Origin: an uncultured Candidatus Bathyarchaeia archaeon
GTDB taxonomy: Archaea; Thermoproteota; Bathyarchaeia; TCS64
Assembly (NCBI GenBank): GCA_964529745.1
Contig: CAZGZR010000001.1
Span: forward strand, 5,590 to 69,589
Direction: 5' to 3'
Length of the DNA: 64,000 bases
Positions 56,239 to 64,000 of this stretch are shown here, piece after piece (the first letter of the stretch is position 1; the number at the start of each line of letters is the position of its first letter). A model generated the notes under the pieces. The model saw only the letters and a program-made list of their open reading frames with translations. It was not told where the DNA came from and made no database searches. A program made the position numbers and the translations under genes.

Positions 56239-56700
56239 ATGAGCGAGAAAAAGAGGCTTCTCATAGTATGCTCCAAGGGAACGCTCGACATGGCCTTCCC
56301 GCCCTTCATGATGGCGACCACTGCGGCCTCGATGGGCTGGGACGTTCACCTATACTTCACCTTCTGGGGTATGGACATTATAACGAACAGCAAGGCGTTG
56401 AAGATGTCACCGGTGGGGAACCCGTCACTGGGCATACCCAACATCGTCGGCATCATCCCCGGCATGACGGCCGTCGCGACCTGGATGATGAAGAGGAAGA
56501 TGCGTGAAAGCCACATGCCTACGCTGGAGTCCCTCATAGACATGGCGAAACAAGCCGGCGTCAAGTTCCACGCCTGTTCACCGACCATGAAGCTGGCCGG
56601 CATCACGAAAGAGGACCTCATCCCACAGTGTGACGACATCATCGGCGCGGCCACGTTCCTGGACCTGGCGGGAGACGACGCGGTGACCCTCTTCATCTAG
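56239..56700 (+). CDS. DsrE/DsrF-like (YchN-like) sulfur-relay family protein
   Basis: 153 aa. LLIVCSKGTLDMAFPPFMMATTAASMGWDVHLYFTFWGMD, typical DsrE-like fold signature. Confidence 0.65.
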   Translation: MSEKKRLLIVCSKGTLDMAFPPFMMATTAASMGWDVHLYFTFWGMDIITNSKALKMSPVGNPSLGIPNIVGIIPGMTAVATWMMKRKMRESHMPTLESLIDMAKQAGVKFHACSPTMKLAGITKEDLIPQCDDIIGAATFLDLAGDDAVTLFI

Positions 56701-56743
56701 CCACTGAGCCCAAATCAGCGGGTGTACCGAGGAAAGCACATGC

Positions 56744-57829
56744 TCAATACTTGGGGAAAGACCCATCCACCGACTCGGACCAGCCGTGGATACCCCCCTC
56801 GAGGCTCCTCAGCTTCCTGAACCCGGCGTCCTGAAGCACCCTCAACGCTCTGCAGCTTCGCACCCCGGTCCTGCAGTAAAGAACTATGTCATCACCTTTG
56901 TCCAGCTCACCCAGCCTAGCCGGCAGCTCAGGCTCCGGTATGAGCCGGGCGCCGGGGAGGCGGCAGATCTCCCACTCGAAAGGGTCTCTGACGTCGATCA
57001 GGACGAGGTTCGGGTTATCGCTGATCTCGGCCGACAGCTCGTTCGGCGAGACCACCCACTCATCGCCGAGCGCCCCGACACGGCTCCCGGAGACACCACA
57101 AAACCGCTCGTAGTCAACCAGCTCATCGATGGAAGGGTCCTCCCCGCAGATGGGGCACCCGGGATCCCTCATGACCTCCACCTCCTTGACACGCATGGTT
57201 AACGCGTTGTAGAGAAGCAGGCGCCCTATGAGGGGCTCCCCGACCCCCAGTATCAGCTTGATGGCCTCCGTCGCCTGGATGACGCCCATCACCCCCGGCA
57301 AAACCCCAAGCACCCCGGCTTCGGCGCAGCTCGGGACCGTCCCCGGCGGCGGGGGCTCCGGGTAGAGACACCTGTAGCATGGGCCTTTCTCCGCGTAGAA
57401 AACGGATGCCTGCCCTTCGAACCGGAAGACGCTGGCGTACACGTTCGGTTTCCCGAGAAGCACACACACGTCGTTGACGAGGTACCTCGCAGGGAAGTTA
57501 TCCGTCCCATCGGCCACGACGTCGTAGTCCTTGCATATCTGCGCCGCGTTGGCCGAGCTGAACGCCTCCTCATGTCTAACGACTTCGATCTCGGGGTTGA
57601 GAGCCCTCAGCCTGGCTGCCGCCGCTTCGAGCTTGGGCTCCCCCACATCGTCTGAACAGTACAGGATCTGGCGTTGAAGGTTACTATAATCGACTACATC
57701 GAAATCGACGAGCCCGATCCTGCCGACGCCGGCCGCGGCCAAGTACATTGATAGGGGAGAACCCAGGCCCCCAGCTCCTACGCATAACACGCTGGCCTCC
57801 TTGAGCCTCCTCTGCCCGTCCACCCCCAC
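56744..57829 (-). CDS. MoeB/ThiF/MoeZ-type E1-like adenylyltransferase fused to a C-terminal rhodanese domain
   Basis: 361 aa, GTG start. VLCVGAGGLGSP nucleotide motif. C-x2-C...C-x2-C zinc site. Rhodanese with active-site CRTGVRS. In frame upstream the sequence continues QEIRRYSRHLLLPGVG, so the true N-terminus is probably about 20 aa longer. Confidence 0.8.
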   Translation of the reverse strand: MGVDGQRRLKEASVLCVGAGGLGSPLSMYLAAAGVGRIGLVDFDVVDYSNLQRQILYCSDDVGEPKLEAAAARLRALNPEIEVVRHEEAFSSANAAQICKDYDVVADGTDNFPARYLVNDVCVLLGKPNVYASVFRFEGQASVFYAEKGPCYRCLYPEPPPPGTVPSCAEAGVLGVLPGVMGVIQATEAIKLILGVGEPLIGRLLLYNALTMRVKEVEVMRDPGCPICGEDPSIDELVDYERFCGVSGSRVGALGDEWVVSPNELSAEISDNPNLVLIDVRDPFEWEICRLPGARLIPEPELPARLGELDKGDDIVLYCRTGVRSCRALRVLQDAGFRKLRSLEGGIHGWSESVDGSFPKY

Positions 57830-57897
57830 CCCTGGGAGCAGAAGATGACGGCTATACCTCCTTATCTCCTGGTTCGAAAACGCGGCTGTGAAAACGG

Positions 57898-58176
57898 TCA
57901 GCCTCCGCTCACCGCCGGAATCAAAGAGACCTCGTCGTTAGAATAGAGCTCGGTGGACAGCTTCTTCAGGAAACGAAAGTCCCTTCCATTCACGTAGACG
58001 TTTATGAAGCGCCTCGGGTTTCCGTCCTGGTCGTAGAGTTTCTCGCGGAAGCCTTCCCCGTATCGGGCTGAAAGCGCCTCAAGGGCCCCGGAGACGGTGG
58101 CCGCCTCCACGGAGGTGGCCGCAGCGCCCGCGACGGATGCCAGGCTCCCGTACAGTAGAACGGTTACAGACGCCAT
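57898..58176 (-). CDS. ThiS/MoaD-like sulfur carrier protein (C-terminal GG)
   Basis: 92 aa ending ...IPAVSGG. Beta-grasp-sized. Confidence 0.7.
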   Translation of the reverse strand: MASVTVLLYGSLASVAGAAATSVEAATVSGALEALSARYGEGFREKLYDQDGNPRRFINVYVNGRDFRFLKKLSTELYSNDEVSLIPAVSGG

Positions 58177-59465
58177 CGCTCGGCCTCCAGGCTCGTTTCC
58201 CCTCTCTGGGCTCCGGTTGAAGAGTATGGGGGTGTCTCCACGTCCGCGTCTGCCTTGTTAAGTAACTCCATCAACGCGTTCAACGTTGGCTCGATGAGGG
58301 CTGGCTTGTTTAGAGACCGCTGGATGGTGTCCGCCGCCTTGAACCCGTTCCCGGTGACGGCACAGACCACCTTCTCGTCCGCCTCGAAGTAGCCCTCCTC
58401 GGCGAGCCTCTTCAGGACCGCTATCGTCACGCCTCCCGCGGGCTCGGTGAAGACGCCCTCCTTCTCCGCGACGAGCTTGATGGCCTCGAGTATCTCCTCG
58501 TCGGAGACGGCCTCCACCGTGCCGCCGGTGGCCCTGGCGTTCCTCAGCACGTAGTACCCGTCACCGGGATCGCCTATCGCCAGGCTCTTGGCCAAGGTGT
58601 GTGGGTGCTCGATGGGCCTTACGTCGTCGAGCCCGGCTTTAAACGCGTCAGCGATGGGTGCACAGCCCTCTGCCTGGGCGCCGATGAGCCTGGTGGGTTT
58701 GTCCTCAATGAGACCCACCTTCTTGAACTGCTCTAGTCCCCTATGGACGGCGCAGAAAAGCGCCCCGCTTCCCAAGGGTATGATGAAGCTGTCCGGCGCC
58801 TCCCAGCCCAGCTGTTCGCACACCTCGAAGGCGAGGGTCTTGGAGCCCTCCACGTAGTAGCTTCTTAGGTTGATGTTAGCGAAGGCCCAGCCGTAGTGTT
58901 CAGCCGCCTGCGCCGCCAGCCTGTTGGCCTGGTCATAGGTGCCGTTCACGGCGATGATGCGGGCACCGTAGACCGAGGCCTGAAGAACCTTGTTTAACTC
59001 GGTGTCGGATGGGACGAAGATGTAGCAAGGCAGCTCCGCCTTAGCCGCGTGAGCCGCAACGCTCGCCGCCAGGTTGCCTGTCGAGGGGCATCCCACCGCC
59101 ACCGCCCCGAGCTCTCTCGCCTTCGAGACGGCCACCGACGCGGGTCTATCCTTGAACGAGTTGGTGGGGTTAACCGTGTCGTCCTTGATGTAGAGGTTGT
59201 TCAAGCCCAGCTGCTTCCCGAGGTTAGCGGCCTTATGCAGTGTTGATAGACCCGTTCCCAGGTCTACTGCCGACTCGTAGCTGTTCAGGGGCAGAAGCTC
59301 CCTGTACCTCCAAATGTTTCTAGGTCGCCGTGATATCTCCTCCCTCGTCACCCTGATTCCATCTAGGTCGTATGATACCTCGAGGGGGGCGAAGCAGTTA
59401 TCACAGGCGTGTATGAGTTTCTGGGGGAAAGTTGCGCCGCATTCACGGCACACAAGCCCTTTCAC
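58164..59465 (-). CDS. threonine-synthase-like PLP enzyme with N-terminal zinc ribbon
   Basis: 433 aa. CRECG...CDNC N-terminal ribbon. PLP lysine motif NPTNSFKDR. Fold-type II PLP architecture. Confidence 0.75.
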   Translation of the reverse strand: MKGLVCRECGATFPQKLIHACDNCFAPLEVSYDLDGIRVTREEISRRPRNIWRYRELLPLNSYESAVDLGTGLSTLHKAANLGKQLGLNNLYIKDDTVNPTNSFKDRPASVAVSKARELGAVAVGCPSTGNLAASVAAHAAKAELPCYIFVPSDTELNKVLQASVYGARIIAVNGTYDQANRLAAQAAEHYGWAFANINLRSYYVEGSKTLAFEVCEQLGWEAPDSFIIPLGSGALFCAVHRGLEQFKKVGLIEDKPTRLIGAQAEGCAPIADAFKAGLDDVRPIEHPHTLAKSLAIGDPGDGYYVLRNARATGGTVEAVSDEEILEAIKLVAEKEGVFTEPAGGVTIAVLKRLAEEGYFEADEKVVCAVTGNGFKAADTIQRSLNKPALIEPTLNALMELLNKADADVETPPYSSTGAQRGETSLEAERWRL

Positions 59466-59620
59466 ATATCGATTGAGTTATTTACGCCTCCTGTGTACCC
59501 ACACAATCCATCATTACTATATTAATATCTTATTGTCAATTCAATTAGCCTAGGAATAAACCGGGCTGCCTACTAAGCCGTATCCGTTTGGCGTGGACAC
59601 ACCTCCCTGCTCGAACGGCT

Positions 59621-60787
59621 TCAACCCCACAGGAGGAGGCGTAGCCCACCGATGGTGGCGACGTACCAGTAATTAACCATCTTCTTCAGCAGCCTCGCTA
59701 GTAAGCCCCTGAACTTGAAGCCAAAGAGGACACCTACGGCGTCGGACCTGCCCAGGGTCACTATCTCCCCAACCCTCTCGAACCGGTACTCCTCCATGCG
59801 GCTCCCTCTCACCTGGGCCAGTATGTTGTGCGCCACCACACCTCCCTGAGCCATGGCGATGTGCGCGGTGGGGGGCTGAGGCTGGCCCTCCGAGTCCACG
59901 GCACACGCAGAGTCGCCGGCTACGAACACTCTCTCGTGACCCACGGCGCGGCAGAACTTGTCCACCGCTATCCTGCGGCCGTTGACCTCGAAGCCCAGGC
60001 CACAGGCGGGATCATGCTCCACGCCGCCCGTCCAGATGAAAAGATCTTTTTTTAAGACTAGGCCGCTCCTCGTCTCCAACCGGTCCTCCCCAACACGCGT
60101 CACGGGATCGTTGAAGACGAACTCCGCGCCTCTACCCTCCAGGTTCCTCTGAGCCTCCAAGCTGAGGCTCTTTTCCCACCCTGGGAGAATGGAGGGAAAA
60201 GCCTCAACCACAGTCAACAGCTTCTCCGGGGGAGCGAGGCCGTTCTCCTCGTATAGACGGGGGAGCCAGTCGAGAAGCTCGCCAGCCAGCTCGACGCCGC
60301 TGAACCCCCCGCCCCCGATTACTATCTTGACCGAGTCTCCAGTCTCCCTCGTCTCCGTGAACAGCTGAAGTATCCTAGACCTGATCTCCAGAGCCTGTTC
60401 GTAGCTCCCCAGGGTGAGGCTGTGCCCCCGTATCCCCTCGATTCCAAAGTAGGCTGGGTGGCTCCCGAGGCAGACGGCGAGCAGGTCATAACCCATCTCC
60501 CCCTCGTCTGTGATCACCAGGCCCCTATCCGGGTCTACGGACTCCACCTTCACCCTCCTGAACTCGGTCTCATCCATATCGACTATTTTCTCGAGGGGGA
60601 CGATTATATCCTCTTCCTGGAACTCGGCGTTGCAGACCTCATGTATCCGGTAGAGGTACTGATGGTAATCGTTCTCGTCTACTAGGACCAGCCTCCATGC
60701 ATCGGGCAGCCTCCTCTGCAGCTCTTTGACGATCTTTATCCCAGCGACACCTGCTCCGAGAACCACGACGCTTTTCGGCGACTCCAT
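59621..60787 (-). CDS. FAD-dependent pyridine nucleotide-disulfide oxidoreductase (NDH-2 / sulfide:quinone oxidoreductase family)
   Basis: Start set at MESPKSVVVLGAGVAG (the table ORF extends 45 hydrophobic codons upstream). Second Rossmann motif IVIGGGGFSGVELAGEL. Confidence 0.65.
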   Translation of the reverse strand: MESPKSVVVLGAGVAGIKIVKELQRRLPDAWRLVLVDENDYHQYLYRIHEVCNAEFQEEDIIVPLEKIVDMDETEFRRVKVESVDPDRGLVITDEGEMGYDLLAVCLGSHPAYFGIEGIRGHSLTLGSYEQALEIRSRILQLFTETRETGDSVKIVIGGGGFSGVELAGELLDWLPRLYEENGLAPPEKLLTVVEAFPSILPGWEKSLSLEAQRNLEGRGAEFVFNDPVTRVGEDRLETRSGLVLKKDLFIWTGGVEHDPACGLGFEVNGRRIAVDKFCRAVGHERVFVAGDSACAVDSEGQPQPPTAHIAMAQGGVVAHNILAQVRGSRMEEYRFERVGEIVTLGRSDAVGVLFGFKFRGLLARLLKKMVNYWYVATIGGLRLLLWG

Positions 60788-60975
60788 ACACACATACTCC
60801 ATCAGAGAATCAATGGCTACCCGCATAGTGAGGGACGTAATTACACCCATCAGTAAAACCATACAATAAAAACCTACATACACGGCACACCAACGCTTCG
60901 ACTCAATGCATGCGGTCAACATATGTATGCCCGGTGCGCGGAGACTTTATCTCACCAATCCGTCAAGAATAATCC

Positions 60976-61860
60976 ATGAGGCCTGACCAAGACCTGCTCC
61001 AGGGAGCCATCGATCTCCATCTCCACGCCGGGCCCAGCGTCTTCCCGCGTCTCATGGACGCCGTCGATACGGCGAATGCCGCGAGGGCCTCCGGAATGAG
61101 GGGGATCGTGATCAAACACCACCACACCCCATCCGTAGATCGGGGGTACCTCGTCCACAGGGCCGTGCCGGAGGTCGAGGTGTATGGCGGGGTCACGCTC
61201 AACTACGCCGCAGGCGGGCTGAACCCCTACGCCGTGGACGCCGCCCTCAGGCTCGGCGGAAGGATGGTCTGGATGCCGTCGGTTGATGCCCGTAACCACA
61301 AGACCCACTTCGGCGAGCTCGGGAAATACGGCTCACGGCTAGACTACGACAAGCCCGGCATATACAGCGATGCCCCGGGCATCACCATACTCGACGAAGG
61401 CGTCCTCAAACCGGAGATCGGTCAGATACTGGACGTCGTGGCGGACCACGACGCGGCCGTAGCCACCTCCCACCTAGACCTGGAGGAGTCTAGGGCCCTG
61501 GTGGAGGAGGCCCGGAGGAGAGACATCAAGACCGTGGTGACCCACGTCAACTTCGTCACCGCCTCTCTGCCGCCGGAGGACCAGAGGTGGATGGCGGACA
61601 AGGGCGCGTACTTGGAGCTATGTTACTCTTCCCTGTCGCCGGCATGGAGAAGCACGTCCATCGACGAGGTAGCCGAGACCGTGAGAAGCGTTGGCCCCGA
61701 GCACTACGTTCTAGCCAGCGACCTAGGCCAGATCCATAACCCCGCACCGCCGGAGGGCCTCCGCATCTACATCAGCCTGCTCCTGGAGCGTGGACTAGAC
61801 CCCGAGGAAATCAGGGTCATGGTCAAGGATAACCCAGAGAAAATTCTTGGTCTTGATTAG
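60976..61860 (+). CDS. metal-dependent TIM-barrel hydrolase (amidohydrolase-like)
   Basis: 294 aa. N-terminal IDLHLHAGPS (HxH metal ligands). Later conserved His and Asp. Confidence 0.45.
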   Translation: MRPDQDLLQGAIDLHLHAGPSVFPRLMDAVDTANAARASGMRGIVIKHHHTPSVDRGYLVHRAVPEVEVYGGVTLNYAAGGLNPYAVDAALRLGGRMVWMPSVDARNHKTHFGELGKYGSRLDYDKPGIYSDAPGITILDEGVLKPEIGQILDVVADHDAAVATSHLDLEESRALVEEARRRDIKTVVTHVNFVTASLPPEDQRWMADKGAYLELCYSSLSPAWRSTSIDEVAETVRSVGPEHYVLASDLGQIHNPAPPEGLRIYISLLLERGLDPEEIRVMVKDNPEKILGLD

Positions 61861-61925
61861 CTCACGTAAACTCGTTGTTTGCTAAGCATCAGCTTCGAAG
61901 ATTAGGGGGATCGACTCGCCTCAGG

Positions 61926-62579
61926 CTAGATGACGAGCCGCGTCGCCTCGACGCCGTCACCATACACCATCCTCAGGTACCCTAATATGGTGGACAGATG
62001 CTCGTCAACCATCTCATGGCTTATCCCCACCGGACACCACGCGAAGTAGAGGGGGTTCAATGTCTCCATACCGATGGACGTCTTCGCCGCCGGCCCGAAG
62101 AGGACGCTGGCCAACACCCCCTCATCGTCCCTGAGCACTACGTCGTTCTTCACGAGGACCTGCTTCTTGCCGTTGAGCTTGACGTATTCCTCGCCGTCGT
62201 CGGCGAGATCATAGACAAGCTCCCCCTGGATTGCGTCCCTGTCGTGCCCAGAGGTAAGGATCCTGTCCTCCAGCTCGGCCATGAACATGCAGTCCACGTG
62301 GGTTGAAACCTGGGGGAACGTCCTCCCCTTCTTGACGCTCTTGATCTGATACTCGATGGGGTAGGTCCTCCCCCACCTGTCGAAGTACCCTGCGTACGCC
62401 TGGATCACAGAGTCATCCTCGGGGTCCGGGTATTCATCCCTGATCCTACTCTCTAGCTGGCGTTTGGCCTGCTCTAGGCTCGAGTGCTTCTTCTTGTTCT
62501 GCTGGTTGGCTATGGTGATGCAACCAAAGACGGCTGTCGGGTACATCATTTTGAGTTCGGGTCTGACCTTGAAATCCAT
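61926..62579 (-). CDS. B3/B4 domain protein (phenylalanyl-tRNA synthetase beta-subunit-like, COG3382-type)
   Basis: 217 aa. Pattern ...YVKLNGKKQVLVKNDVVLRDDEGVLASVLFGPAAKTSIGMETLNPLYF... matches solo B3/4 domain proteins. Confidence 0.45.
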   Translation of the reverse strand: MDFKVRPELKMMYPTAVFGCITIANQQNKKKHSSLEQAKRQLESRIRDEYPDPEDDSVIQAYAGYFDRWGRTYPIEYQIKSVKKGRTFPQVSTHVDCMFMAELEDRILTSGHDRDAIQGELVYDLADDGEEYVKLNGKKQVLVKNDVVLRDDEGVLASVLFGPAAKTSIGMETLNPLYFAWCPVGISHEMVDEHLSTILGYLRMVYGDGVEATRLVI

Positions 62580-62687
62580 TCCATGTAATATTATGGCTTT
62601 AACTAAGAAATATCTATGGATGGCTGCCTCCCCCCGCGTCTAAATGGTTGAAAAGGCTCCTCGGAACTGTGACTTAGCGAGTCGAGC

Positions 62688-63206
62688 CTAGGGATACTCT
62701 ATCTCCACGCCCACCTCGTTCCTCCGAAGGAACCCGGGCACATAGGGAGGGTTGTACTGCATCAGGAAGGGAGCGCCCCTGGCCTCGATGCCCTCCGCCT
62801 CCAGCCACCCTAAGAGCTTCTCCTTCTGTCTCCTGACGCTCTCCTTCCAAGCGAAGCCCCTGAACCTGACGGTGGCGACAACCCGTTCAGGCACCGTGTT
62901 GATGGTGACCCTCTCGTCCGTGGGCTCGGGCACCGTCTCGGCGTCATACTCCGAGGGCACCATGAAGCTCATGGATCCGGTGTCGCTGAACACCGGGGAA
63001 GTCATGGCGATCTCAGTGGATGTGATGACCGGGCTGGTCATTGCTATCTTGGACCTCGAACGGTTGGCTCCGGTGATATACTTGAATAGGACGCTGAACC
63101 GTGACGGAGCGTCCTCGACGGTGGCGACAAGCATAGCCGGGTACCTCCTGATCTCATACTCCCCATCGCCCCGTAACACGGTGTACTTCGCCGTCTCCAC
63201 CATCAC
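62688..63206 (-). CDS. SOUL/HBP family heme-binding protein
   Basis: 172 aa. Internal IAMTSPV duplicate and C-terminal YNPPYVPGFLRRNEV characteristic of the SOUL family. Confidence 0.7.
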   Translation of the reverse strand: MMVETAKYTVLRGDGEYEIRRYPAMLVATVEDAPSRFSVLFKYITGANRSRSKIAMTSPVITSTEIAMTSPVFSDTGSMSFMVPSEYDAETVPEPTDERVTINTVPERVVATVRFRGFAWKESVRRQKEKLLGWLEAEGIEARGAPFLMQYNPPYVPGFLRRNEVGVEIEYP

Positions 63207-63733
63207 CTGATCCTCTCCTTGAACTCCTTCCTAACCTTCCTAAGTTTTGGCTCGATGACGTACCGGCTGTAGCCCTGACGCCTGTTCCTCTCGTAGTATT
63301 TCCTGTGGTAATCCTCGGCCTCGTAGAAACCCGTGAAGGGCTCCACTTTGGTAACGACGGGTAATTTGAAGACGTTGCTCTCGTTCAACTCGGCTACGAA
63401 CTCCTCGGCGATCCTTCTCTGAGCCTCGTCGTTGTAGAATATGACGGAACGGTACTGTGGGCCCACGTCGGCGCCCTGCCTGTCGAGCGAGGTCGGGTCG
63501 TGCATCGTGAAGAAGACCTCCAGTATCTCCCTGAAAGATATGATCTCGGGGCTGAAGGTGACCTGCACAACCTCGACGTGGCCCGTGGTGCCCGTAACCA
63601 CCTGCCGATACGTCGGGTTCTCAACGTGTCCACCGGAGTAGCCGGGGACGACCTTGAGCACCCCCTCGATCTCCATGAAAACGGCCTCGGTACACCAGAA
63701 ACAGCCGCCGCCAAGAGTAGCCACCTCCACCAT
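63203..63733 (-). CDS. msrA: peptide methionine sulfoxide reductase MsrA
   Basis: 176 aa. Active-site GGGCFWCTEAVF. 4-nt overlap with the SOUL gene. Confidence 0.9.
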   Translation of the reverse strand: MVEVATLGGGCFWCTEAVFMEIEGVLKVVPGYSGGHVENPTYRQVVTGTTGHVEVVQVTFSPEIISFREILEVFFTMHDPTSLDRQGADVGPQYRSVIFYNDEAQRRIAEEFVAELNESNVFKLPVVTKVEPFTGFYEAEDYHRKYYERNRRQGYSRYVIEPKLRKVRKEFKERIR

Positions 63734-63839
63734 GGATAGCCCCGTAGAACCGCGTACTATAATGGTTACCCATTATCCGGTCACGTTTATCCAATCAGCC
63801 GAGACCAGCCTTTAACTCCAGCCGTTCATCACAAAACAT

Positions 63840-64000
63840 ATGCCAAAAGTTAAGGTCGGTGACGAGGCGCCGGAATTCACTCTACACGACCAGGACGGCA
63901 AACCAGTGTCGCTTAGCGACTACACAGGCAGAAGCAACGTGGTGCTGTTTTTCTACCCGAAGGACTTCTCTCCAGGCTGCACGAAACAGGTCTGCAGCTT
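63840..64000 (+). CDS. bcp: peroxiredoxin (Bcp / AhpC-TSA family), 5' part; runs off the window end
   Basis: MPKVKVGDEAPEFTLHDQDGKPVSLSDYTGRSNVVLFFYPKDFSPGCTKQVCS, with peroxidatic Cys in FSPGCT. Self-derived start. Confidence 0.75.
   Translation, partial: MPKVKVGDEAPEFTLHDQDGKPVSLSDYTGRSNVVLFFYPKDFSPGCTKQVCS

Noticed and set aside
1-64000. CRISPR arrays or cas genes
   Set aside because: No spaced direct repeats of 25-40 nt were seen. The only notable repeat family is the two-copy hairpin/GT-rich element.

Overview
The window is a GC-rich (about 58-62%) archaeal chromosome segment. Archaeal identity is supported by TFB, HdrABC/MvhD, Lrp/AsnC regulators and leaderless-style promoters. Four blocks stand out. 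(1) 1-16.2 kb is a surface-glycan locus. It carries a complete CapE/CapF/CapG-type UDP-L-FucNAc module plus a WbuX-type amidotransferase. This runs into a sharply AT-rich island (about 6.3-16.2 kb, roughly 35-40% GC) holding three GT4 glycosyltransferases, a sulfotransferase-like gene, two SAM methyltransferases, and two divergently arranged paralogous giant (~980 aa) proteins. Each giant protein has a polytopic membrane domain and an Asp-box beta-propeller, and I cannot place either in a known family. These two proteins are the most novel candidates in the window. (2) 16-31 kb holds housekeeping and metabolic genes: a PAC2-like protein, a tRNA, TFB, a cold-shock protein, a large metzincin-like protease, crotonase, PrpD/MmgE and D-aminoacylase. 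(3) 25-54 kb is an accessory stretch dense in toxin-antitoxin modules (three VapBC pairs, HEPN/MNT, an NTase pair). It also contains a duplicated small-protein family with duplicated promoters, a duplicated intergenic hairpin/GU-rich repeat showing compensatory stem changes, and an operon of two paralogous two-domain beta-rich proteins flanking a glutaredoxin. (4) 44-51 kb is an hdrC-hdrB-hdrA-like-hdrA/mvhD-nfnA-nfnB cluster, a putative NAD(P)H-linked electron-bifurcating heterodisulfide reductase with no hydrogenase genes. It is followed by a DsrE / MoeB-rhodanese / ThiS-like(GG) / threonine-synthase-like sulfur-carrier module and oxidative-stress genes (SOUL, MsrA, Bcp). Many long antisense ORFs in the GC-rich parts were judged spurious. 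Coordinates for features I adjusted by hand are approximate, with a few nt of uncertainty.
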